Positions 1-11,292 of a stretch of 64,000 nucleotides of DNA are shown piece after piece. Source of the stretch: Naegleria gruberi (taxonomy: Eukaryota); NCBI GenBank assembly GCA_000004985.1, contig GG738892.1, one strand, 5' to 3'. Position 1 is the stretch's first letter. Every line of letters starts with the position of its first letter. The position numbers and the translations under genes were made by a program. The notes under the pieces were generated by a model. The model worked only from the letters and a program-made list of their open reading frames with translations, did no database searches and was not told the origin of the DNA.

Positions 1-1250
1 CTTCAAATCCACAATTTACTCCTTGTCCATAGAATGGAATAATTGCATGAGCTGTTAATATTGACAATGAATCGAATCGAATAGAATCGAATATTATTAA
101 ATTAACATGAAAATATATTGTAAAATAACTTACAAGAATCACCTAACAAGATTAGTTTGTTATCATAATGATGTGGATTACATTGAACATAACTCAATGA
201 ACTCGTTGGATTTCCATTCCAATCTTCCATAATATAAGATTTGACCATTTCATAGGCATCTGGGAATTGTTCACTAAAGAATTTACGAACATTGGTTTCC
301 TTCATTTCAGGAGTCAATTCATCATAACTCTTACAATCTCCCAATTCAACACTTTCGAATGAAGGTTGATTGCTACTGGCAATAGATTCATCCTCACCAT
401 AATCTCTCTTCTTGTATTGTCTCATAAAGAGAGTAACTGTGAAATCTCTAGTTGGATTTGGTAAGGCAATCAACATGAAATCACCACGTGGCCAAATATG
501 CAAACAATCTGAACGCATCACATAATCACCAGTTTGTGCATTTGGTCTAATTGACAATTCCTTATAAGCATGTGAAATATAGGTCTGAGAACTTGAAAAA
601 CGACAATTTGGATTATTTTGCATTTGTTGACGAACGAATGAATTCAATCCATCAGCTCCAATGATAAATTTACCAGTAACACTCTTCAATTCTCCCTCCT
701 TATTCTTAAAATGCAAAATAGAGACACTCTCATTGTCCATTTTAGCATATTCAATCCTTGTTGGAGTGGCCTCAAATTCCACCTGTAAAACATTTGCAAA
801 TTTCTTCTCCAATTCTTCCAATAAAAAACAATTCAAGTGATGTCTGCCAACACTCACAATGTATTCATCAGGAGAAATGCCATACGGTTGAAATCCAACT
901 CGTGAGGTCTTTCCAAATTGATCCTCAAGAGAATCACTCTTCAAATCCTTCATGTGAATGCCACGACCTTTCATTTTCAATCCAACACTTTCGTCCTTGA
1001 AATGTTTAACAAATTCTTGATCAATTCCTCCCAAGGCTTTAAAAGCACGATGACTAATAGCCAAATTAATAGAACGTCCTTCATATTTATGGCTTCTATA
1101 ATCCTGTCTCTTGTCAATCAAGACAACTTTTTGTCCGTGATGTTGTGCCATATACAAAGCTGCCATACAGCCAACAAGACCTGCTCCATTGATGATGATT
1201 GGTAAATCTTGATAATTTGATGAAGAGGTATCAGTGAGTGGTGGTGCCAT
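1..1250 (-). CDS. Kynurenine 3-monooxygenase-like FAD-dependent monooxygenase. The gene is partial and its 3' end runs off the window start. Exons are 134..1250 and 1..51, with an 82-nt intron at 52..133.
   Basis: N-terminal Rossmann motif IINGAGLVGCMAALYMA. GRSINLAISHRAFKALGG matches the KMO GRSINLALSxRG motif. The large ORF ends at LLGDS at a GTAAGT donor, and after an AACAG acceptor the frame continues SHAIIPFYGQGVNCGFE, matching the KMO [20 protein letters not shown] region. The start ATG is preceded by an A-run. Confidence 0.75.
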
Positions 1251-1482
1251 TTTTTTTTAAATTATTTGTGTTTGGTTGACTTGATGGAATTTTTGTTTAT
1301 TTATGGTGTTATTTTGATTGAATGGAAAATTGATTGTAATTATCAGATCAGTTTGGATTTTGGGAAGAGAATGAGGAATGGATGATGATGAGAAGTAGCA
1401 GCAGAGAAGTAAATAGTTTAGAATAAAAAATTCACATTTCTCAGCTATTTATATGAAAAGAGAATATGATATAAAAAGGATT

Positions 1483-1554
1483 CTCCCATGCCGGGAATTG
1501 AACCCGGACCTCCTGGGTGAAAGCCAGGTATCCTAGCCATTGGACTACACGGGA
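1483..1554 (-). tRNA. tRNA-Glu (anticodon UUC), 72 nt.
   Basis: The reverse complement folds as a cloverleaf. The acceptor stem TCCCGTG/CATGGGA is 7 bp with one G-U pair. The D arm is GTCCAATGGCTAGGAT. The anticodon stem is CCTGG/CCAGG with loop CTTTCAC. The T arm is CCGGGTTCAATTCCCGG and the discriminator is G. It closely resembles eukaryotic cytosolic tRNA-Glu(TTC). Confidence 0.85.
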
Positions 1555-1813
1555 ATCTTGTTAACTTTTTCAATTGATTAATTATGAATTTTCTTCCACA
1601 CAGATTCTTTTTGGAAACGGATAAAGGAATTTTTGTAATGGACTATTTAAATATTGTAATCATTTTAACAAATGTCAAGGCTTACATGTAACATTTCGAG
1701 ATTTTTACTTTGGAAATCTTCCATCACAGATTCTTCACAAAATAAAATATCTTCAAAAAAAACAACTAAACCGCCACTTTCGAATAAAATCAATTATTTG
1801 AAAAAAGGACGAA

Positions 1814-2700
1814 ATGATGAGAACAGTGCAAAAACCAGTATTGTTCATTGTTATATTGATGGTTTGCATCATGACATGTTTAACGAAACAAGCCGAAAGT
1901 AAAGTTTCGTTAAAGATTGAAAAAGTTTCGTCTACTTTATCCGTAATTCCAAAGGACGATACCATTTCCCAGATCATGTGTGGTATGGTCGTTGGTATTG
2001 CTCAACAAGTAAGTACTTTTTCCTTTCCCACTAATTCGCTTATACGAAACTTGAATTTATTAGAAACTAGTCAAGGAAAAGAAATCAATGGACGAAACCG
2101 AACAAGATTTGATCAAATTCTGCTCACTTTCTTCATTCAGTAAGAATGTAACCATGATGAATATGTGTCATGACATGGCGCTGTCATTTGTCCCACACGT
2201 GATTAGTGAAATCTTGATTGCACATCAAGAACCACTTGCCATCTGTCAAAGACAAAAACGTGGTATTGAATATGCTCTTACTCGTGTTAGAGAACAAAAT
2301 CAGACAATTGTTTGTAATATTTGTCAATTACTGGTCTATGAAGTTGGTAAGTTGACCAAAAAATTGTAATTTTCATTGTAACCTTGATCCAAATGTAGAA
2401 CTTTTTATTGCACAAAACGAATCTCTGAATCAATTAGCATACAAATTAGATGAAGTTTGCTCAACAGTCCCAGAAACCTATCAAGGATTATGTGTCTACA
2501 CTGTCGAACAATATTTACCAAGTTTCATCAAAATGGTGGAATCTGAACTCTCTCCAATTTCTTCATGTAGAATGATTGGGTACTGCCCAACAACTGATAA
2601 TTTGAGTAAATTCAAACCAATTCTGAAAAATAATACAGTGCAGAAGAAGGAATATCATGGATGTGGAAAGAGAAGATTGGAAAAACAAATTCTTAATTGA
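1814..2700 (+). CDS. Secreted saposin-like (SapB domain) protein with 3 exons. Exons are 1814..2008, 2064..2346 and 2399..2700, with introns at 2009..2063 and 2347..2398.
   Basis: Hydrophobic signal peptide PVLFIVILMVCIMTCL. Cys spacing and the VCxxVPxxxxGLCxxxVxQYLP..I..C..IGYC pattern are typical of saposin B type domains. Donors are GTAAGT and acceptors TTATTAG and AATGTAG, and the frame is kept across both junctions. Confidence 0.6.
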
Positions 2701-2879
2701 TAGATATATCTTCTTTTGTATGAAATTGAAGCTAACTGAAATGATCATGGAATGTTACATTACTTGTATTTTTATATTTTAAATTGTTGTCGTGTGAAAA
2801 TAAACATTTAATATTGAAATGGGTTTACTGAACTAGTGTGTGAGAGTCTTTTGATATTTGTAATTTTTATCAGAAAAAA

Positions 2880-3479
2880 ATGAGTAAACAAGCAGAAGAG
2901 GAATTATCGACCGATCCAGCACAAGTCATTCTAGTTTATTCCGATAAAAGAAAGAAAGAAATTCGAATAATTAATCAAGAGGAAATTGAAACAGCCGAAA
3001 CTAAACCCTTTCTATATTTGGGCGATTCAGATGCTGCTTTAATTTCTCATCTCAACAAGAACAAACACATCACTCACATTCTAAATGTTACCAAGGAATT
3101 GAAACTTCCCAATCTAGCTCATTTGACAACTTTGCAAATTCCAATTCAGGACGAAGTTGGTTGCGATATTGGAAAGCATTTTCCATCCATTGTGGAGTTT
3201 ATTCGAAACTGTTTGAAAGAGAAAGGTTGCGTGTTGGTTCATTGCTATTCTGGAATTTCAAGATCTTCTTCGATGGTTGCTGCTTTTTTGATGAACTACT
3301 TTCGAATGGAAGTTGACGAAAGTTTGCTGTACATTAGATCTAGAAGGAAGGTTATTTGTCCAAATCCTGGTTTCGTGACTGCATTGAATGATTATGAAAA
3401 GTTATTGAAATCTGCTCCACAAGACGACAATCAAGACAATTCCAAACAAAACGAAACTAAAAACTGCACAGTTCAATAA
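2880..3479 (+). CDS. Dual-specificity protein phosphatase.
   Basis: Active-site signature VHCYSGISRSSSMVAAFLMNY (HCxxGxxRS) in a DSP-like fold, as a single 199-aa ORF. The ATG follows an A7 run. Confidence 0.8.
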   Translation: MSKQAEEELSTDPAQVILVYSDKRKKEIRIINQEEIETAETKPFLYLGDSDAALISHLNKNKHITHILNVTKELKLPNLAHLTTLQIPIQDEVGCDIGKHFPSIVEFIRNCLKEKGCVLVHCYSGISRSSSMVAAFLMNYFRMEVDESLLYIRSRRKVICPNPGFVTALNDYEKLLKSAPQDDNQDNSKQNETKNCTVQ

Positions 3480-3579
3480 CTAGTTAACTTGTTTGGGATA
3501 TTTTGAAAGTCATGTACTATTGTAATAATTTAATTAATAGGGTTTTTTACAAAATCTGATAGATATATGAGAATAGTTA

Positions 3580-6014
3580 TCAATTATAGAGTTTGGTTCC
3601 TCTATCATAACCTAATAAAAGGAACATGTTCATATTTTGAACTAATAATCTACCTTCCTCAATGGTTTCAATCTTTTTCAAAAAGGAAACACTCAAAAGT
3701 CTCATCATTTCAGATGAGTGCAATGTACAAATGGCAATAGGTTCGATGCCTCCTTCATTTTCAGGAAGGAAGGTCAAGAATTCCAGAATTTCTTCTCTTG
3801 TATTCACATGTTTGATAAAGGTTTGGAATATGGATATTAATTCCTCCTCTGGTAAGGTTTTCTTTCTCAATTTTTGGATGGCACTCTCAATGTTGAGTGT
3901 TTCAGTAGAGATGTGAACTTGTCTTCTTCCTGAACGATAGATTCTCTTATTCTCCTTGAAGGATAGTGTAGATCTCCATGCAAGGGCCTTCTTGATGTTA
4001 TCAGTTACAGCTTCTTGATTGCTTGGAACAGAGCCATGATATAATTGTTGTTGATAGAGAATTTGTTTTTCTTGATCAAATGCCAAATCAATGATAGACT
4101 TGGAGTAGGAATAGAATTTAGAACGAATCAAATCTTCCAACATTTCAAAATTGTTTGATTTTGGTGTTCTGAATTGAATAAGTTCAATAATTTCCTTGAT
4201 AAATTGCAAGTCATCGTTGGTGAGGAAACAAATATCATCAAATGTTTTTGGTTTGTTCACACCAACTGAAACGCCAATGGTATCGATAATGTCCATAGTA
4301 TCCATCAGCATGGATCCAAACAAGGACTTGTCCTGTTGATTGGAAATATTTTTCACATCCATGCTGTTAACTTTGGAACCTCTTCTCTTTCTCAATTCCT
4401 TCTTTTCCTTCTTTTCCTGCTTTTTAACTTCCTTTCTCACTTCATTGATGGTTTGGCTGACCTTAACTTCCATCTTGTCAATATCGACCAAGAGATCATA
4501 ATATTCCTCTCTCTGGGCAAACATTGGATTACAAACACCAACAATGTAACCTTCCACATCCAAAAATTCCAAATTTGAAAAACTAGCATATGGGAATGTT
4601 CTCTTCTTTAACAAATCATGTAAGAATGGGAACATTACCAATGAGGACAAGAGGGTGTTTACAACTTGTCCAGCCAATTGTTGACCACTGAAGAAAACAA
4701 TTCTCTTCTGATAGAGAATTGCATTGAAAATAAGCATGGTATTTTCCTTGAAATTAGTCACCAATCTACACAAGCTGGTTTGTGTAATACCGTTGAGTTG
4801 ATATTGTATCTCATTATCTGAGAGACAGATTGGTATTGAAGTTGGAAATTGTTCAACCTTATTTCCATACTGATATCTGATCATTAAATTATGTGTAGTG
4901 TGCTTCTTCTTGGCAATGGTATATCTCCAAAATAATTTTTCTTGGGCAGTGTATAATTTCATTGATGACAAGTCAATACTATTACAAGTTTCGAATATGT
5001 GTTCAACAAGTGTTTGAACAAGACCATCAATAAGATCCGTCTGTTGTAAATTATTTTCTGATAGTGAAGATGGTAAACTTTCATTTTCATCCTTTTTCCT
5101 TTCCTTGCTGTATGCAGTATGATCATAGGCATCAAAGATGTGATCCAATGCTTTACTCAATAAATCTCTAAGTGAAAAACAATATGGATGCTTTGATACA
5201 ATAGCAAGACTCTTGACACGAGCAGCTCTTCTCAAACCTTTCATCAATTTCCACATAAATAATAATAATTGAAATAAATAACATTTTGTAATTGTTATTC
5301 CTAATCAATCACACAGTGATACTCACCTTCATATTTCTTTTGTTTTTGTACATTTAATACATAGTAGAAAATTTCTTCCTTCTTTGATTGTTCAGTAATC
5401 ACTTGATCCGACGACAAAATTGTTGATTCTAAACTTGTATTCAAATCAACCTTCTCTACCACTTCCTGACTATTTCTTGGTGATGATTTAGCTTCCTCAC
5501 CACCATCATTACTACCATTACTCAATATACTAGAATTATTATTTCCACTATTACTATTATTTAACGATGATGCTGATGTATTATTTTCGTTATGGTGATT
5601 ATTATTAATTTCATTATTTCCTCTCAAGAAGAAAACGGTTGTATCTTCAATACAATTATGAGATCCATCCGGAAGCATTAGATTAGCAATGGAATATTCT
5701 GTAGCGTATGGATAGGGTGATGGATATTGTACTTTAACAATGGATCCTTTATCGATATCAAACTCTGCCAAGAAGATGTATTCAATGCCCATATTCTTAA
5801 TGATTTGAAGTGAAGAGTCGTTTGATGAGTTTTGTGGAGAAGTTATTGTTGTTGTTGTTGTATTATTGTTGATATTAGTTGAATCTTCCAGCGAGATCAG
5901 ACTATCGGAGGAGATACATGATGAGATGATGTTGGGAAGAGCAGAGGAAGGAGTTGATGGGATCATTTTTTGTAAATTGTTGTTTTCCAATTGCTCATTA
6001 GCATTTCCTTTCAT
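3580..6014 (-). CDS. uDENN/DENN-domain (AVL9/DENND-like) protein of at least 2 exons. Exon 1 is about 5327..6014 and exon 2 runs from 3580 to about 5237 or 5300. The exact junction is unresolved.
   Basis: The upstream ORF has uDENN-like IEYIFLAEFDIDKGSIVKVQYPSPYP..TTVFFL plus poly-N and poly-T tracts. The downstream ORF has a DENN-like core ILYQKRIVFFSGQQLAGQVVNTLLSSLVMFPF. The two ORFs abut in different frames at a GTGAGT donor (5321-5326). See the findings for the alternative junctions. Confidence 0.6.
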
Positions 6015-6284
6015 CTATCTTCATCATATTTGAAAAAGAATTAAAATTTTAATAAATAATTGAAAAAAATTAGAGCACGGAAAAAGCCGCACGTAAATTG
6101 TAAAATTGTGTTGTTGATGATGATTTGAAGTTGAAAATCCGCGGTAGCATTAATAGTTGCTACCTCTTCTTTTCGCACAAATTGAAAACAAATATATTTA
6201 GAGAATGAAACTCTTCATAAAAAAAATAGAACACACACTCTTAAATATTGCAAAATAGTATTCTATATTTAAATAATCAATTAA

Positions 6285-7310
6285 TTGGTAGGATTTAATA
6301 ATTTAGAAATGATTTCGGAATACTCACAAGAAGAAACCTCCCTCATTATTGATTCATGTTTTGAAATGATTAAAATAATGGGTGAGGCTCATAGGAACCT
6401 TACTAGTGTTGAAACTTCTTCCGATGGAAAAGAATCAATGATTTGCATCAAGCCTGAATATAAACAAGTGGACGATCCTGCACAATATTATGCTACGAGA
6501 GGAGAGGAACATCCACTTCAACTCATGGAATCAATAAGAAAACAAGCTGATTTGGCCTTTCTGTTATTGTTCCTTCCCGATACTAGATGTAAATCTTTAA
6601 AATTGGTGGACGGAAAATTGGAGAGTAATTTGGAGGAGATGAAACAACTTGGATTGGTCAATGAAGATGGCACCAAACTCACTAGATATGCATACCTTCA
6701 TGAAAAGTTGAATATTTCCTTCTCGTATCTTTACTATGCATTGATTTATCATTTGCATAAAGATAACACTCAATATTTAAATGATAAATTGGACAAGATG
6801 ACAAGAGAATTGAATTATAAGAGTGTTACACAACCTTTTAATTTGTTGAATTTTGGAAAAGTCTATTTTGGAAATGCAGATTTTGTTGTAAAGACAGTAG
6901 AAACTAAGGAGGAAATGGCAAAGATAATTGACTGTGTCCAAGATGGATTTGCATCAATGAGTGCTGGACCAATGAGTTCAGAAATTGTCATGAGTGGTCA
7001 ATATCCACTTCATGATGCCAATTATGATTGGGTATTTGTAATGGAATCGGATGGAAGCATTGTGTCAACAGGTCAAGTTTTCTATGGAGAGAAAACGCAC
7101 TATGTTAATAATGTTTGTACTCGGCCAAGAAGTAGAGGAAAGGGATATGCCTCTTTCGTCATGACAGCAATTATTGAGCTGTGTAAGGAAAAATCAAAGG
7201 ATAAACCACTCATTCTCCAAGCCTCTCCAAAAGGATTGAAAATGTATCATCAACTAGGTTTTGATTATCGTTTTGATTATGAAATTGGATTATTCATTCC
7301 ATATCAATAA
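6285..7310 (+). CDS. Protein with a C-terminal GNAT acetyltransferase domain and an uncharacterised N-terminal region.
   Basis: The C-terminus TRPRSRGKGYASFVMTAIIELCKE...QASPKGLKMYHQLGF matches GNAT motif A (R/Q-xxG-x-G/A) followed by the beta strand and Y. It is a single ORF and an alternative ATG exists at 6309. Confidence 0.55.
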   Translation: MVGFNNLEMISEYSQEETSLIIDSCFEMIKIMGEAHRNLTSVETSSDGKESMICIKPEYKQVDDPAQYYATRGEEHPLQLMESIRKQADLAFLLLFLPDTRCKSLKLVDGKLESNLEEMKQLGLVNEDGTKLTRYAYLHEKLNISFSYLYYALIYHLHKDNTQYLNDKLDKMTRELNYKSVTQPFNLLNFGKVYFGNADFVVKTVETKEEMAKIIDCVQDGFASMSAGPMSSEIVMSGQYPLHDANYDWVFVMESDGSIVSTGQVFYGEKTHYVNNVCTRPRSRGKGYASFVMTAIIELCKEKSKDKPLILQASPKGLKMYHQLGFDYRFDYEIGLFIPYQ

Positions 7311-7527
7311 TTCAAGCATAGTATCCTCATGATTTCAACAACAGAATAAAGTGTTAATTCCTTGAAACCACACGTTAATAGTGCAAGAATAAGTTAACAA
7401 CCAAGTTCTCAAATGCAGTGACAATGTGAACAAAAGGCAAGATTCACAATTGTAAACAAGTCAAGTGTCATTATGACGTTGATAGTACACTGACAATTTG
7501 ATTATTCTCATCATAATTATTAAAAAA

Positions 7528-8481
7528 ATGTCTCAACTCACACCACAACAACTCCAAGAAATTGAATCTGCCTTCAAAAAGTTCGACAAGGACAATTCCA
7601 AAACCATCGACAAACAAGAACTCAAGGATCTTTTGGAAACCACCTTGAAAACCAATCTCTCACAGAAAATGTTGGAAAAGGTTTGTTTTATTCGCTCTAT
7701 CATCCATTGTTGTTGACCACAATATGTGTAAACTGCTTTTATATTACTGGTGTGAATTTAAATTTTTATGATGATCAAAAACAATATTTGATTTCTGTTA
7801 TCCGTTGTGTTGAATCGGATTGATGATATTGGACAATACTGATAACATAATTCATCGTATTGTACTTTTTTTTATTGTTGTGACCATGTGTGTGAAAATG
7901 CAAATGAATCTAAAAAATAACAATGTTGTTGATGAATTTTAAATATGGGACAATTAATAATTGGATAGTACGTTGATGTGCAATTCCAAAAGAACGACAA
8001 GGATAAGAATCAAGTTATTGATTTCAATGAATTTGTCAAATTGTACACAACCTTGTACTTTTCACCTGAATTGCCAATTTCCATGAAAGTTCAATACAAT
8101 GTCAAGAAGAATTATGCTGAACCTCACACTAATTCACCATCAGGTTCTGGATTGGAATCCAAACTCTTACAAAAGAAACCACTCAGTGAACAAGAAAGAA
8201 TCAAAGCCAAGCAAACTTTTGATAAATTTGATTTGGACAAGTCAGGAACAATTGACAGAAGTGAAATGGCTAAATTATTGGAATCTGTTTACAATGAAAA
8301 TGGAAAAATGTCAAAGGTTTTGTTCAATCGTTTGGTGGAAATGCACATGCAAAAGGCAGGTGATGACAATGTCTTTTCATTCGATGAATTTTTGAGTATT
8401 TATAGAAACATTTTCGGAGAGGATGATCCAGCTAGTGAAGGAGGTGTTCCAAAGCAAGGTTTTGTTCTCCCTGGCATGTAA
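7528..8481 (+). CDS. EF-hand calcium-binding protein with 2 exons at 7528..7680 and 7969..8481. The putative 288-nt intron has a GTTTGT donor and ATAG acceptor.
   Basis: EF-hand loops DKDNSKTIDKQE (exon 1), DKDKNQVIDFNE and DLDKSGTIDRSE (exon 2). The frame is maintained across the proposed junction (KMLEK|YVDVQFQK). The intron is unusually long for this window and its donor is non-consensus. Confidence 0.5.
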
Positions 8482-8591
8482 TTCTCTTTCAATATTCCAT
8501 TGTAATACTATTAATAATATTTAACTATTTTAAATATTATTTAAAAATTTGTAATAAAGTGGAATCGATTTGGATTCCTTTTAGAAAAAAA

Positions 8592-11292
8592 ATGTCTCAA
8601 CACGAACGATTTAATTTCGATAATTCGGAGGAGGATGATTTAGAATTGATGGAAAATCTTCCTCGTGATGATGAAGATGAAGATGAAACTCTACAAACAA
8701 CAAGAAGAACAAGAATACAAAACGAAGTAAATTATAACTATAACAATAGAAAGAAGGGAATTTCTCAAACTCTAATTCAACCCGTGCTCGGATTATTGTA
8801 CAGAAAACTCATGCTCTTGAAACGCGATTGGAAAAATTCAATCATGATGATCATGTTTCCCTTGCTATTTATTGTATTAATTATATTGAGTCATATATCG
8901 TATAGACAATTATTTAAGAATTCAATGAATCCGTATGAGGCTGGAACGGAAGAGTATTACAAATGGATGGCTGATAATTCGCCTGTTTTCTTGTTGGGTC
9001 AGATGGGTAAACCAAGTAAGGCTGCTTTAATGAGTGATTTTTCGACAATACCAACTGAGAAGGAAAAAACATTTTGCATGGCTATGGTTGCGAATGGCCA
9101 ATTGTTGAAGGATAAGAATGGTAAAAAATTAATGCAAACCATTGAGAGAAGGTTGACTAATTTCATGTCTTTTTATGTGGATTTTAGAACTTTTTCAAGT
9201 ATGATGGAAATGGAAGAGGCAATGAAGAGTTCATCTGAAACTGACTATTATTTTGGAGGATATATTTTCCATCAATTGGATTTTGATTCTATGGATTTTA
9301 ATGTTACTGTCATGTATAAGAATTCAGATATGGCCACTTTGCCAACTCTTTCTCAATTGGTTCAACAAACTATTTTGGATATAGCCAGTGCTCCAAAGCA
9401 GTATAACGAAACAAGATTGGAATCTATTTTCCCATCAATTGGTATCCAATCGATTGCGTTTGGAGATCCAATATCATTGTTATTTTTGGAAAATACTATT
9501 TATTATTTGGTTATTCCAATGGTATTTATTCTTCCTCAAATAGTTTCAAATATTGTTGCTGAGGAGGAAAAGGAAACCAAGGTTCAACTCTTACTCAGCT
9601 CTGTATCAAAGAAAATGTACTGGTTCTCACATATTGTTTTTGATTCCACCCTACTGTTAATTATTTCTCTCATACAAATAATTGGAGGTACATTCATAGC
9701 ACAAGCGAAGGCATTCACAGATAATTCACCATTTGCTTATCTTTCTCTCTATTTATTTTATTCAATTTATTTCTTGACCTTTGCTTACATGTTCAGTTAC
9801 TTTTTCAAGAAGGTTGAAGATTCTCAAAGTGAGTTTTATTAACATTAATTTATTTACGATAATAATTTAAGAATGGTCTGGTTTTATTGTATCACTGACA
9901 GTAGTATTTACTTTCCTTGTATTCAAATTTTTATTTGGATACGAGACTAGTATGGCACTCAAGATTTTCTTGTGCTTTGTCATTCCTGGTTGGAATCTTT
10001 TTTACGGACTTTCAATTTTAGGACTTGCTGCTTATAATGGAACACCAATTTCATTCCTTGACATTATTTTATTTAGAAATCATGGATCTGAGATGTCTGT
10101 ATTATTGATTGTTATTATCATTTCGAGTCTTTTGAATGTTTTTGTAATGCTATCTCTTGAATACTTTGAATATTTGAAGAGAAAGCCAAATTCTTGGATT
10201 AACAGAATTATTCCTTCCTTTATTAGAAGAAAGGTACAAATGGACACTAACGAATTACCAGTTAGTGAAGTTGAACTCCAAGAAATGATTGAAAAATACT
10301 CTAATGCAGACGAAATCTTTGGTGAGAGTGAAGAGGAATCATTGGGAGGATATTCTCTCCTTGTGGAAAACGTTTTCAAATGGTATGGTGACTATTGCGC
10401 TCTTAAATCGGTCAATTTAGGGGTAAGGAAAGGAGAAATTTTTGGCTTGCTTGGTAAGAATGGTAGCTCAAAAACAACCCTATTGAAATGTATTTGTGGA
10501 TTGTCTGGAATTAGTAGAGGAAAAATATCAATTAATGGTACAAGCGTTTTTGAGAATTTCTCTGCAGAACATAGTTTGGGTGTCTGTCCTCAAAATAATA
10601 GATTGTATGAGAATTTAACAGTGTGGGAACATTTAAAGACCTATCATTTAATTCGTGGAACCTATTCCTTTGCAAATGTAACCCAATGCTTGAATACTTA
10701 CAAATTTGCTCCAGAAGATGCCAACAAAACTGTAAAGGAATTATCAGGAGGTATGAAACGTAAATTATCAGTTGCTTTGGCATTCATTGGTTCTGCTAAT
10801 TTGATTCTTCTCGACGAGCCTACATCATCTCTGGATGTTGCTACCAGAAGAGTTATTTGGTCAATTATCAAACAAATGCAAGAAAGTCACTCTATCATTC
10901 TAACTTCTCACTCTATGGAGGAAACAGAACATTTATGTAATAGAATTGGTATTATTGTTGAAGGTAAGATGGCAACAATTGGAACAAAGAATGCTCTCAA
11001 AGACAAGTATGGAAAATTCTACAAGGTCGTTATTACCAACTATGATGAAGACAATGTGGAAAGAACAAACGACTTTGTGAGAAATACTTTTGGAGAAGAG
11101 AATGTTCGCTTATTGAATCAAGTTGGAAGAACTCAAACTTTCGAAGTGTCTAACTCCATACCAATCTATGAAATCTTTGGAGAAATTAATTCACATTTGG
11201 ATGAGTATGGAATTGAAGATTATTCTGTCAGTAACACAACATTAGAGCAAGTATTTTTGAACTTTTCAAATGTTGGAGTTGTGAAAAACTAG
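8592..11292 (+). CDS. ABC transporter, ABCA-type half transporter (TMD-NBD). Exons are 8592..9828 and 9872..11292, with a 43-nt intron at 9829..9871.
   Basis: N-terminal TM, a large loop and then multiple TMs in the ABCA topology. Walker A GLLGKNGSSKTT. ABCA-type signature LSGGMKRKLSVA. Walker B ILLDEPTSSLD. The intron has a GTGAGT donor and TTTAAG acceptor and the phase-1 junction keeps the frame (DSQ-K-WSGF). Confidence 0.8.

Noticed and set aside
5830-5890. (TTG)n / (TTA)n microsatellite-like runs, such as gttgttgttgttgt, as repeat features.
   Set aside because: They lie inside the CDS, where they encode poly-Thr and poly-Asn tracts on the coding strand. These are codon-level low complexity, not separate repeat elements.
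6060-6180. A GC-containing patch (GCACGGAAAAAGCCGCACG ... CCGCGGTAGCATTAATAGTTGCTACC) upstream of the DENN gene as a possible ncRNA.
   Set aside because: Only a 6-bp inverted repeat (GGTAGC/GCTACC) is visible and there is no convincing extended structure. It is more likely ordinary promoter sequence.
7681-7968. The possibility that the two EF-hand ORFs are separate genes rather than one gene with a 288-nt intron.
   Set aside because: I did not reject this outright. I kept the single-gene model because the second ORF lacks its own ATG (it begins with GTG) and the frame joins cleanly. Confidence is lowered accordingly.
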